Shown here: positions 1-8,027 of the stretch, piece by piece
How the letters are laid out: each line of letters begins with the position of its first letter
How positions within the stretch are numbered: the first letter of the stretch is position 1
Assembly (NCBI GenBank): GCA_041737355.1
Contig: JBGSRW010000010.1
Coordinates: forward strand, 3,935-67,934
Length of the DNA: 64,000 nucleotides
Reading direction: 5' to 3'
From: Patescibacteria group bacterium
GTDB taxonomy: Bacteria; Patescibacteriota; Patescibacteriia; XYB2-FULL-38-15
Program-made: the position numbers and the translations under genes
The notes under the pieces: model-generated
Told to the model about the DNA's origin: nothing
Seen by the model: only the letters and a program-made list of their open reading frames with translations
The model's database searches: none

Positions 1-1
1 A

Positions 2-256
2 CTCGGAACGCCGAGAATCGAGTATATGAGATATTGGCGGTATCAGAATAATCAGAACGACGAGCTTTTTGTTCCAGCCATAGTTTTCCCGGTAATAGAA
101 AAAACTCCGGCCGACGATTATTCAAACAAAGAAGCGGTCGTCATCCCTCTCGTCAAGGAAATTTTGGACAGCGTTACGGCTGAACAAAATATTGTTCCAA
201 CCCCGATGCCGCTTGATATAGTTGAACCGTCTCCGGCGGAAGAGGTGAAAAAGTAA
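2..256 (+). CDS. C-terminal fragment of unknown protein (gene begins upstream of window)
   Basis: Frame is open from base 2 to the stop at 254-256. A stem-loop plus T-rich tract follows at 280-306. Confidence 0.5.
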   Translation, partial: LGTPRIEYMRYWRYQNNQNDELFVPAIVFPVIEKTPADDYSNKEAVVIPLVKEILDSVTAEQNIVPTPMPLDIVEPSPAEEVKK

Positions 257-279
257 AAATAAAAAAATAAAATAAGCGT

Positions 280-306
280 CTCGCCCTTTGGGCGGGCGCT
301 TTTATA
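280..306 (+). terminator. Rho-independent-like terminator
   Basis: 7-bp GC stem ctcgccc/gggcggg with a ttt loop, followed by a T-rich tract. Confidence 0.45.
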
Positions 307-434
307 TATGATAAAATAGAAGAAGGGAAGTTTTCGGCGGAAAATTTAATCAAAACATAATTTATAATGATAAAATGAAGCCATAAGGAGACAAGTGAGA
401 GTCTCCCGGCTCTTTTACAAGGAGGAAAAAAAAT

Positions 435-968
435 ATGCAAAACAGAAAACTATCCGTTCTTTTCGTTTTCGTCTTCGCGGCTCTTGCCCTCTCCGGATGG
501 AGTTGCGGCAACGGCTACGGCGTCAATAACAACGAACCGGAGACAAGTGGCGGTCCCCAGACCTATCAAAACAGCGAGTGGGGAGTAAGCTTCCAGTATC
601 CGGAAGGTTGGCAATACCGCGAGTACCGGGAAACAATCGAGGGTGCCGAAATTGTCACCTTGGCTTTTTCCGACACCTCGCTTCCCGAAACTTTGCCGCC
701 CGAACCGGTTTTCCCGATAATGGTTTCGCGCGATGTGAGAACAATCAGCGAAGCTGCCGTGGCGCACGCGGACGCCATCTCCATTAGCGACACAACCTTG
801 GGAGGAAGATCAGCTAAAATAGTTACGCGCTATTCTGAAATCTTGGAACAAAATTACAGCATATACCTTATAGCCCTGGGCAGCGGATCAATAAAATTTC
901 TGCCAATGGATACAAGGTATGTCTCCGTTGCTGAAAGCATGATCAACACCCTCACCGAGAGAGAGTAG
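435..968 (+). CDS. Secreted/lipoprotein, hypothetical
   Basis: RBS aaggagg 8 nt upstream of the ATG. N-terminal signal peptide with a Cys shortly after (LSGWSC). Confidence 0.7.
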   Translation: MQNRKLSVLFVFVFAALALSGWSCGNGYGVNNNEPETSGGPQTYQNSEWGVSFQYPEGWQYREYRETIEGAEIVTLAFSDTSLPETLPPEPVFPIMVSRDVRTISEAAVAHADAISISDTTLGGRSAKIVTRYSEILEQNYSIYLIALGSGSIKFLPMDTRYVSVAESMINTLTERE

Positions 969-978
969 GAGATAGGCC

Positions 979-2271
979 GTGAAAAAAATATTGGTGAGCG
1001 CGTTGACTATTGTACTCTTTGCATTAATCCCTCGCCCGGTTTGGGCAGAGGGATTTCTGTACTTGCCGATTACCCGGACGCCGGTTATTACTGCCGGTTT
1101 CTGTGGCTACCGGACTGCCTCAGGCGCCTGTCACGGCGGAATTGACTACGACGTTCGCGATGATGGAGACGGAATTTACGCCGCCGCCGCAGGTGTCGTG
1201 GAAGCGGTAAGTGATGGTTGGTCAAATACGCGGCGAGATAATATTGTCAGCTACGGCAACTCGGTCCGTATCCGCCATCCAAACGGCTATCTGACTATCT
1301 ACGGCCATCTGAAAAGCGGCACTCTGCTTGTCCGGGTCGGCGACTATGTCCGGATCGGGTCGGCGCTCGGAGTCGGCGACAATTCGGGCTGGTCAACCGG
1401 ATCGCATCTTCATTTTGAAGTGCGCGATCCGGGAAACCACAAGGTTGACCCGTATGGAGAGAGCCCGAGTTATCCGAACTGCGGGGCGAATCCGCTTTGG
1501 GTAAATTGTCCGCCGCTTTCGCCCGACGACGTTGACCAGGACCGCGACGGATACAACCTGCTCGTTGACTGCGACGACCTTAACAGGAACATCTATCCCG
1601 GAGCGACGGAACTTTGCAACGGCGCTGACGAAAACTGCGATACGATTCCCGACGACCGCTGGGCGGCCCTTGGTATGGCCTGCGCCGTAACGCCCCTGCC
1701 TGGCTGCGAGCGGAGCGGAATCTACGAATGCAGTTCCGACGAAACAACAATCGTCTGCAACGCCGATCCGACAGTCGGTGCCGAACGGTGCAACGGAATC
1801 GACGACGACTGCGACGGGGAAACCGACGAGGATTGGCGGACCGGACTCGCGGTTGATCTCGGACGGCCCTGCGATGTCGGCGAAGGCGAATGCTTCCGGA
1901 CCGGCGTCTGGGAGTGCGAACCGGGCGGACGGGGAGTCGTCTGCGGCGCGGAATATGTTTACGGTACCGAAGAAATCTGCGACGGGCTTGATAACGACTG
2001 CGACGGCGACACGGACAATTTCTGTCTTTGCCGGACGGCAAGCCCGTACCCGAATTGCCTCTGCCGCGATTGCGACGCTTCCTGCGGTTACGGGAAAGTT
2101 TGCCTGATTGTCGGGTTTAATACCGACGGAAGCGTTATTCATACCTGCGCGTCAAACGGCTGCTACGGCTGTTCCGGTGCCTGCATTAACGATTATTGTC
2201 TTGATTCGCCGATGGATTATTGTATTGATTCAGCCTATTCTTTTTGCGGCAGCCATTGTCCCTCCTGGTAA
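979..2271 (+). CDS. M23 family metallopeptidase with C-terminal Cys/Asp-rich repeats (MopE-like CNGxDDDCDGxxDE)
   Basis: GTG start after a GGAG RBS. Signal peptide. M23/LytM motifs HGGIDY and GHLHFE. Three or more repeats of C-N-G-x-D-(D/E)-(D/N)-C-D-G-x-x-D. Confidence 0.8.
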   Translation: MKKILVSALTIVLFALIPRPVWAEGFLYLPITRTPVITAGFCGYRTASGACHGGIDYDVRDDGDGIYAAAAGVVEAVSDGWSNTRRDNIVSYGNSVRIRHPNGYLTIYGHLKSGTLLVRVGDYVRIGSALGVGDNSGWSTGSHLHFEVRDPGNHKVDPYGESPSYPNCGANPLWVNCPPLSPDDVDQDRDGYNLLVDCDDLNRNIYPGATELCNGADENCDTIPDDRWAALGMACAVTPLPGCERSGIYECSSDETTIVCNADPTVGAERCNGIDDDCDGETDEDWRTGLAVDLGRPCDVGEGECFRTGVWECEPGGRGVVCGAEYVYGTEEICDGLDNDCDGDTDNFCLCRTASPYPNCLCRDCDASCGYGKVCLIVGFNTDGSVIHTCASNGCYGCSGACINDYCLDSPMDYCIDSAYSFCGSHCPSW

Positions 2272-2413
2272 AATCAAAAAAAACGCCAGCTCGCGTTACC
2301 GGGCTGGTTTTATTTTGTCATTTTTATGTTTTTAACGGGGTTGACAAAAACCGATTATAATGATAGTTTATTTATATTATCGACAAGTTGAAAAAGAAGA
2401 AGGGAGGGGGAGA

Positions 2414-2638
2414 ATGAGAACCGAAAAGATCGCCTGTCCGCACTGCCACGGGCTCAAGAATTGCGCCTGTGAAGTTTGCGGATCCGGTCCCAAGGGGACA
2501 AAGAAGCTCGGGACTTGCCGGGTTTGTAATGGTCGGGGCTACGCGGGGATCGAAGTTTTTCCGCCGGAGGCGAAGAGCGATCCCGCGCGCGGCGAAAAGG
2601 ACAGGGGGGAGGCTTTGGAGGGAAGGGAGAAAAGATGA
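2414..2638 (+). CDS. Small DnaJ-CR-type zinc-finger protein (CxxCxGxK, CxCxxCGxG, CxxCxGxG)
   Basis: ATG 2414 behind a GGGAGGGGGAG RBS. Eight Cys arranged as in the DnaJ cysteine-rich domain. GC-rich. Confidence 0.7.
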   Translation: MRTEKIACPHCHGLKNCACEVCGSGPKGTKKLGTCRVCNGRGYAGIEVFPPEAKSDPARGEKDRGEALEGREKR

Positions 2639-2835
2639 GAGTGACAAAAGACGTCGGGGGCGTGGGGTTCTGCAACCATTGCAAGGGACGCAAGACCTGC
2701 AGCTGCGACATCTGCGTCCAGCAGGGCGGAACCTGCGGGCAATGCGGCGGCCTCGGACACTTCGTCAAGGCCAGTCCGCCTCTCCCGCCGGAGTTCAGGG
2801 TCAGGACCGAGACCGCCGGTAAGAACAAGAAATAG
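2635..2835 (+). CDS. Small DnaJ-CR-type zinc-finger protein, paralog 2
   Basis: ATGA start/stop overlap with the upstream gene. RBS gggaaggga. Same Cys pattern (CNHCKGRK, CSCDIC, CGQCGGLG). Confidence 0.7.
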   Translation: MRVTKDVGGVGFCNHCKGRKTCSCDICVQQGGTCGQCGGLGHFVKASPPLPPEFRVRTETAGKNKK

Positions 2836-2884
2836 CCGGCTTCCGCGTCTTCGGGTTCCAAAGGGGAGAGAAAGGACAGGGAAA

Positions 2885-3097
2885 TTGGCGAAGAAATGGA
2901 TTGCCTGCCCGCACTGTCATGGCGGGAAGATCTGCGAGTGCGAAGGATGTCGGAGTGAATCTCCGAAAGGATTTTTGCCCGGTCTTTGCCGCGGCTGTTC
3001 TGGGAGCGGAGGCCACTGGGCGATTGTTCCCGAGGGGAATGACCGGTTCTCGCGCGTCGCGGAAGTCGATGACGACGGAGGCAACAAGGCGAGCTAG
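2885..3097 (+). CDS. Small DnaJ-CR-type zinc-finger protein, paralog 3
   Basis: TTG start with a GGGGAGAGAAAGGA RBS. CPHCHGGK, CECEGC, CRGCSGSG. Confidence 0.6.
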   Translation: MAKKWIACPHCHGGKICECEGCRSESPKGFLPGLCRGCSGSGGHWAIVPEGNDRFSRVAEVDDDGGNKAS

Positions 3098-3119
3098 GCA
3101 GCCGGGCCGGAGGTAAGAA

Positions 3120-3335
3120 ATGAAAGGCAGCTGGGTTCGCTGCAGACATTGTTCCGGTAACAGAAGTTGCGACTGCCATGAGTGCCGTTCGCCCCGCGGC
3201 AAGGGTTTCGAGGCGGGCATCTGCCGGTACTGCGAAGGTCTGGGCGGCGACTGGAAGGGTAACGGTCCGCAAAGTCCGCGGCTCATCGCGCCGCGCCGTC
3301 CGGCCAGACATCTGCCCGATCGTCCGAAAAGGTAG
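3120..3335 (+). CDS. Small DnaJ-CR-type zinc-finger protein, paralog 4
   Basis: RBS ggaggtaag. CRHCSGNR, CDCHEC, CRYCEGLGG. Confidence 0.7.
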   Translation: MKGSWVRCRHCSGNRSCDCHECRSPRGKGFEAGICRYCEGLGGDWKGNGPQSPRLIAPRRPARHLPDRPKR

Positions 3336-3381
3336 GAGGCCGAAAAAAGTAGGAGGGAAGTAAAACAACTTGTCGTGTCGT

Positions 3382-3413
3382 GCGCCTCGGGCAATGCTCG
3401 CGGCGCTTTTTTA
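3382..3413 (+). terminator. Imperfect GC hairpin plus T6 terminator after the zinc-finger array
   Basis: gcgcc...ggcgc stem followed by ttttttatt. Confidence 0.45.
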
Positions 3414-3623
3414 TTAACTGGCCCGAAATTTTGAAGCCGCAGGCGAACAAAATTCCGTTGGCAGTTAATAACTCCGCTCCAATTTTGCTCCAATAAAAAG
3501 TTTTGCAAGAATAATAAAAAAAGTTGTTCATGTTTCGCGAAGCGCGGGCGCGAATAGCGCGTCCCGTTACGGGCGCAGCGCTTCGCCGGGAATCTAATCG
3601 CAAAATTGAGGCCGGGGTTTTTC

Positions 3624-3652
3624 TTGACAATATAAGATTTTTATATTATAAA
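3624..3652 (+). promoter_or_regulatory. Sigma70-like promoter (TTGACA, 17-nt spacer, TATAAA)
   Basis: Consensus -35 hexamer, 17-nt spacer and a near-consensus -10, about 30 nt upstream of the RBS of the 3685 gene. Confidence 0.6.
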
Positions 3653-3684
3653 GAACTGAAACAGCAGGGAAGGGAGTAAGAAAG

Positions 3685-3942
3685 ATGAGGCCGATCCGAA
3701 TTGTCACGCTCGCCCAGCCCAAAGGGGTAAGGTACCGGGAGGACGAAGAAATCAGGAGCATTGTCGGTATTCACGCCGGGTGCGGCGGGGAATTTTGCCT
3801 GGTCTACTTTTCAAGCGGCTGGTCCGAGCTCGTCTGCCGGTGCGGTATCCGCTTCAAGGTTCCGGCAAGGCGGATGACCTACCGCGAGCTCAGGTTCTTC
3901 TTCGAGGGGTCAAAACCGCTGCGGCGAAGGAGGAAGCGATGA
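3685..3942 (+). CDS. Small Cys-containing hypothetical protein (GCGGEF...GW.L.C.CG motif)
   Basis: Strong RBS gggaagggag. Paralogous to the next ORF. Confidence 0.65.
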   Translation: MRPIRIVTLAQPKGVRYREDEEIRSIVGIHAGCGGEFCLVYFSSGWSELVCRCGIRFKVPARRMTYRELRFFFEGSKPLRRRRKR

Positions 3943-4205
3943 AATCGATTCCTCTCACCAATACCGGCGAGATGCTCATTCCCTCCGAAGAATCGGAGTT
4001 GACCGACGACAGCGAACTCCGGGACGGCATGGGTCTCGGGCGGCACGACTGGAAGGGCTGCGCCGGCGGCGAGTTTCAGATCTACGAGGTGATCAGCGGC
4101 TGGACCCTGACCTGCATGGGTTGTGGCATGCAGCGGCAGATTCCGCGCGAGGTCAAAACCGTCGGAGAGCTCCGCGCTTACGCGGAAGAATTTTTCAAGG
4201 AGTGA
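3939..4205 (+). CDS. Small Cys-containing hypothetical protein, paralog of the 3685 gene
   Basis: ATGA overlap with the upstream stop. RBS ggaggaag. Shares a GC(A/G)GGEF...SGW.L.C.GCG...ELR core. The ORF track begins this frame earlier at 3780. Confidence 0.6.
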   Translation: MKSIPLTNTGEMLIPSEESELTDDSELRDGMGLGRHDWKGCAGGEFQIYEVISGWTLTCMGCGMQRQIPREVKTVGELRAYAEEFFKE

Positions 4206-4219
4206 GTCGAGGAGGCCTC

Positions 4220-4251
4220 GAGACTGTCGAAGCGGCAGTCTCTATTTTTTT
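4220..4251 (+). terminator. Rho-independent terminator
   Basis: gagactg...cagtctc stem followed by T7. Confidence 0.7.
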
Positions 4252-4252
4252 A

Positions 4253-4294
4253 CAAAAAATAAAAAAAATAAAACCGCGAAAAGTTTTTCGCGGT
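4253..4294 (-). terminator. Rho-independent terminator for the convergent minus-strand genes
   Basis: Perfect 10-bp stem accgcgaaaa/ttttcgcggt. An A-run on the + strand gives a T-run on the - strand. Confidence 0.7.
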
Positions 4295-4318
4295 CGTGAG
4301 TGATCTCCTTTTCCGGAT

Positions 4319-4645
4319 TCAGCCTTTCTTCTCCGGGAGCCGCTGTCCACAGGCCGGGCAGAATCCCGCCGCCCGCGCTTTTGCGGCCCAGGCCAGCTTC
4401 TCCGCCTCTTCTTCTGCCAGGCTCCCGCCGGGGTGGTGCAGGTTGTCGTTGTTGCAGAACGGGCAGTTAGTCAGGTATTGTCCGTAGCCGACCTCGCCGC
4501 CGTGTTGGGTTTCCCGTTTCTCGAACCCGCAATGTGGACAGATGAAGCGGTAGTCGTCGAAGATCTGCCGAGTGAGGCTCGTGTCTGCCTCGCGATAATA
4601 GCATTCGCCCATCTCGCCGCATTCCGGACACTTTGCCTTTGCCAT
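4319..4645 (-). CDS. Zinc-ribbon protein with four CxxC pairs (CPECG, CPHCG, CPFC, CPACG)
   Basis: Internal Met start with a strong RBS GGAGGAAAGGTAAGATG. The annotated ORF is longer but lacks an RBS. Confidence 0.65.
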   Translation of the reverse strand: MAKAKCPECGEMGECYYREADTSLTRQIFDDYRFICPHCGFEKRETQHGGEVGYGQYLTNCPFCNNDNLHHPGGSLAEEEAEKLAWAAKARAAGFCPACGQRLPEKKG

Positions 4646-4646
4646 C

Positions 4647-4967
4647 TTACCTTTCCTCCTCGCCCTTTCCTTTGGGCGGGAAATATCCCCGGCCGCCGCC
4701 GTTCGGCAGAAGAAAAGAAATCGTCCCGTCATCGGCCGTTTCGACCGGCGTGTTCTTGCCGAGCATGAAAGTCTGGTTCGGAAGATTCTTCCATGGCCCC
4801 CGCTCGGCTTCGAATTGCCGGGCGTAATTGACGAGCAGAAAGTGGACAAGAATTCCTTCGGTCCAGACCCGCTTTACGGTTCCCCGCCAGGCGTATCCGG
4901 TCGTGTCGTGGATTTTCAGAGCCCGGCCGCAGAGTCCTCTCCGGCCGAGAAGTTCTTCGAGTGTCAT
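4647..4967 (-). CDS. Hypothetical protein
   Basis: RBS GAAAGGAGG upstream. Stop lies 1 nt from the start of the downstream gene. Confidence 0.55.
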   Translation of the reverse strand: MTLEELLGRRGLCGRALKIHDTTGYAWRGTVKRVWTEGILVHFLLVNYARQFEAERGPWKNLPNQTFMLGKNTPVETADDGTISFLLPNGGGRGYFPPKGKGEEER

Positions 4968-5052
4968 TCCCGGCCTCCTTTCAAACCTCGGTTAAGTTTA
5001 ACTTTTTAAGTCAATTTGTCAAGGTACCAAGTTTCTGCGATAATATGGGAAG

Positions 5053-5850
5053 ATGGAAAACATCATTGAAGTAAAAAATTTGGTAAAAAAATACAACGGT
5101 CTCGCCGCGGTGGACGGGATTTCTTTTGGCGTGGCGCCCGGAGAAATTTTTGCTTTTTTGGGGCCAAACGGCGCCGGGAAAACCACAACCATCAAGATGC
5201 TCACAACTCTCCTGCATCCGAGTTCCGGCGAAATGCTGATGAACGGTTTTGACCCGATGAAGGAAGAAGACAAGGTCAGGCAATCGTTCGGAATTGTTTT
5301 TCAGGATCCGAGCCTGGACGACGAACTCACGGCTTACGAGAACATGTATTTTCACGCCGTCTTGTATAAAACTCCGAAGGCCGGGCGGGCCGAACGGATA
5401 AAACAGCTTTTGGAATTCGTCGAACTCTTTGACCGAAGAGGCGATCTGGTCAAAAAGTTTTCCGGCGGGATGAAACGGCGTCTGGAAATCGCCCGCGGCC
5501 TGTTGCACCATCCGAAAATTTTGTTTTTGGACGAACCGACGCTTGGCCTCGATCCCCAGACAAGCAACGCCATCTGGCAGTACGTAAAAAATATGCGGGA
5601 GACGGAGGGGACAACCGTTTTTTTCACGACCCATTACATGGCCGAAGCCGAACGGGTCGCCGACCGCGTTGCGATTATTGATCATGGAAAAATCGTCGCC
5701 CAAGGAACCGTTCCCGAACTTTTGGCTTCCACCAAAACCGATAATCTGGAAGACGCTTTTCTTTCGCTCACAGGAAAAAAGTTAAGGGACAGCGAAGCGA
5801 CAGGAGCCGATAATTTGCGGGAAGGCCGGGCCATGTGGCACCGGAGATAA
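5053..5850 (+). CDS. ABC transporter ATP-binding protein
   Basis: Walker A GPNGAGKTT, ABC signature LSGGMKRR, Walker B ILFLDEPT. Confidence 0.9.
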   Translation: MENIIEVKNLVKKYNGLAAVDGISFGVAPGEIFAFLGPNGAGKTTTIKMLTTLLHPSSGEMLMNGFDPMKEEDKVRQSFGIVFQDPSLDDELTAYENMYFHAVLYKTPKAGRAERIKQLLEFVELFDRRGDLVKKFSGGMKRRLEIARGLLHHPKILFLDEPTLGLDPQTSNAIWQYVKNMRETEGTTVFFTTHYMAEAERVADRVAIIDHGKIVAQGTVPELLASTKTDNLEDAFLSLTGKKLRDSEATGADNLREGRAMWHRR

Positions 5851-5857
5851 AAATTTT

Positions 5858-6604
5858 ATGTCGACTATCTATATATTGTGGTTAAGACAACTTAAAAGAT
5901 ATTTGCGTTCGCGCTCAAGAATTATCGGGTCGCTCGGCCAGCCGCTTTTGTTTTTGGTGGCGCTCGGTTTCGGTTTCGGTCCGATTTACGAACGGGCCGG
6001 AGCGGGAAATTATCTGCAGTTTTTGGTTCCGGGAGTCGTCGCCATGAGCGTTCTTTTTACGGCGATGTTTTCGGGAATCGAAGTTATCTGGGACCGCCAG
6101 TTCGGATTTTTGAAAGAAACTCTGGTCGCCCCGGTTTCGCGCCTCCGGATTATGATCGGCCGGACCTTGGGCGGAGCAACGGTCGCGACTCTTCAGGGAG
6201 TGATCGTTTTTTTTCTTTCGTTTTTTGTCGGTTTCCGTCCGGCCTCATGGGCCTACGTTCCCCTGGCGTTTCTTTTTATGTTTTTGCTCGCGGCAATCTT
6301 TACCGCTCTCGGCACGGCTATCGCCTCAAAGATGTCGGACATGCACGGTTTCCAGCTCATCATGAATTTTCTGATCATGCCGATTTTTTTCCTTTCCGGG
6401 GCGCTTTTTCCTTTGGATGGCCTGCCTAAAATTATTGCTTCGGTCACATCGGCCAACCCGCTTTCCTACGGAGTCGATGCCCTGCGGGGGACGCTCAGCC
6501 TGCAATCCCATTTCGGTATCGGGACGGACGCGATTGTTCTTTCCGCCGCCGCAGTCGTTCTTTTAACCCTGGGCGGATATTTGTTTTCAAAAATTGAAGT
6601 GTAA
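5858..6604 (+). CDS. ABC-2 type transporter permease
   Basis: Six predicted TM helices. Directly follows the ATPase gene. Confidence 0.8.
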   Translation: MSTIYILWLRQLKRYLRSRSRIIGSLGQPLLFLVALGFGFGPIYERAGAGNYLQFLVPGVVAMSVLFTAMFSGIEVIWDRQFGFLKETLVAPVSRLRIMIGRTLGGATVATLQGVIVFFLSFFVGFRPASWAYVPLAFLFMFLLAAIFTALGTAIASKMSDMHGFQLIMNFLIMPIFFLSGALFPLDGLPKIIASVTSANPLSYGVDALRGTLSLQSHFGIGTDAIVLSAAAVVLLTLGGYLFSKIEV

Positions 6605-6614
6605 AATAAAAGTT

Positions 6615-7634
6615 ATGAAAAAAATATTCTTAATTTTTGCCGCAATTTTTTTTATAATTTTTTCGTGTATCGGTTTTCTGCCGCGGGTCTCCTTTGCCGC
6701 GGAAACGAGGCCGATTTTTTTTCCGACCGATCCGTCCGTAACTTTTACCGACAGTTTTGGCGATGCCCGTTACGGCCATTCGCACGAGGGGATTGATCTC
6801 ATGGGCCAAAAAATGATGCCGCTCTACTCGGCAATCGACGGGCAAGTCAGCTACATCGTTGATCCCGAAGCCGATTACGGCTATTCGGTTGTTTTGCGGG
6901 ACAGCGACGGCTACTCCTATCATTATTTGCATGTTAACAACGATACGCCGGGGACCGACGACGGTTTGGGCGGGACGGCCAATGCCTACGCCCCGGGGAT
7001 TGTCCACGGCGCAACGGTTAGCAAGGGCCAGCTTATCGGCTGGATGGGGGACAGCGGCAATGCCGAAAATGCCGGGCCTCATTTGCATTTTGAAATCCGC
7101 CTGCCCGACGGTACGGCGATCGATCCATACTTAAGTCTTGTGGCCGCCCGCTATCCCGGCAGTTACAGCCTTGCCGAGGCTCTTGCCGCAAGTCCCGACA
7201 TTAATGCCGACAAAAGTCTTTTAACCGGCCCCTCGCCGGCGCCCTGCGTTTCCGGCTCGAGACTGAAGACTTCGACCTCGACCGCGGTTTATTACTGCGG
7301 AGCCGACGGCCGGCGCTATCTTTTCCCGAACAACAAAACATATTTTACCTGGTATGCAAACTTTACCGGAGTTCTTACCATTACCTCCGCCCAACTTTCG
7401 GCGATTCCTTTCGGAGGCAACGTCACTTTTCGTCCGGGCGTGAAAATGGTAAAAATGCAGACCGATCCGAAAGTTTACGCCGTGGGGCAGGGCGGAGTTC
7501 TGCGCTGGGTAAAGTCCGATGAGACCGCTGTCGCCCTTTACGGAGCCGACTGGGCCAAGAAAATTGACGATGTTCCCGAAGCCTTTTTTACCAATTATGT
7601 CATCGGCGAGCCGGTTCTTTCGGTTCGTTTATAA
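6615..7634 (+). CDS. M23 family metallopeptidase (second paralog)
   Basis: Signal/TM N-terminus. HSHEGIDL and GPHLHFE motifs. ATG 6615 preferred over the TTG at 6594. Confidence 0.8.
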   Translation: MKKIFLIFAAIFFIIFSCIGFLPRVSFAAETRPIFFPTDPSVTFTDSFGDARYGHSHEGIDLMGQKMMPLYSAIDGQVSYIVDPEADYGYSVVLRDSDGYSYHYLHVNNDTPGTDDGLGGTANAYAPGIVHGATVSKGQLIGWMGDSGNAENAGPHLHFEIRLPDGTAIDPYLSLVAARYPGSYSLAEALAASPDINADKSLLTGPSPAPCVSGSRLKTSTSTAVYYCGADGRRYLFPNNKTYFTWYANFTGVLTITSAQLSAIPFGGNVTFRPGVKMVKMQTDPKVYAVGQGGVLRWVKSDETAVALYGADWAKKIDDVPEAFFTNYVIGEPVLSVRL

Positions 7635-7649
7635 ATCAAAAATTAGCCC

Positions 7650-7678
7650 TTGACACTTTCCCGTTTTTCCGCTATAAT
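7650..7678 (+). promoter_or_regulatory. Consensus sigma70 promoter (TTGACA, 17 nt, TATAAT)
   Basis: Perfect hexamers with 17-nt spacing. Confidence 0.65.
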
Positions 7679-7754
7679 AAAAGCACAATTGAAGAATCGT
7701 TTTTCGTGAGAGACTCTTCCTTTGGCAAGAGTTTTTTGTTCAAAAACCAACATT

Positions 7755-7976
7755 ATGGACATGGAAATTACAAAATATACATTTATCAGCGACTGGCGCG
7801 ACGCGGCCAAGGCCCAGGGGTACTTTGTCCCTTTTCAGCTCTGCAACGGGCTCGCGATCACCATGAAAAAACACAGCCTTAGCTTTGTCGAGGCTTTTGA
7901 ATACCTGACAAAACGCAATAAGATATTTTTGGACAATCTCGAGTTTTCCTACGACGGAAGCGGAGACGAGTTATAA
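7755..7976 (+). CDS. Hypothetical small protein
   Basis: ORF downstream of the promoter. The 5' leader contains a hairpin plus T-run. Confidence 0.5.
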   Translation: MDMEITKYTFISDWRDAAKAQGYFVPFQLCNGLAITMKKHSLSFVEAFEYLTKRNKIFLDNLEFSYDGSGDEL

Positions 7977-7991
7977 TTTTTAAAGAAGTTT

Positions 7992-8027
7992 GGCGCGGGG
8001 TATAATCCCCGCGCCTTTTTGTTTTTG
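7992..8027 (+). terminator. Rho-independent terminator (palindrome gcgcggggTATAATccccgcgc plus T-run)
   Basis: 8-bp perfect GC stem with T5 and T5. Confidence 0.8.

Noticed and set aside
1393-2142. Minus-strand 249-aa and 153-aa ORFs inside the M23 peptidase gene
   Set aside because: Antisense to a confidently identified gene. Arg/Pro-rich low-complexity translation typical of GC-rich antisense frames.
2454-3508. Minus-strand 304-aa and 235-aa ORFs across the zinc-finger array
   Set aside because: Antisense artifacts of the 62% GC region. No RBS. Ser/Arg/Pro-rich.
3283-3630. Minus-strand 115-aa ORF spanning the structured intergenic region
   Set aside because: Covers the terminator, palindromes and promoter. 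No RBS. More likely non-coding.
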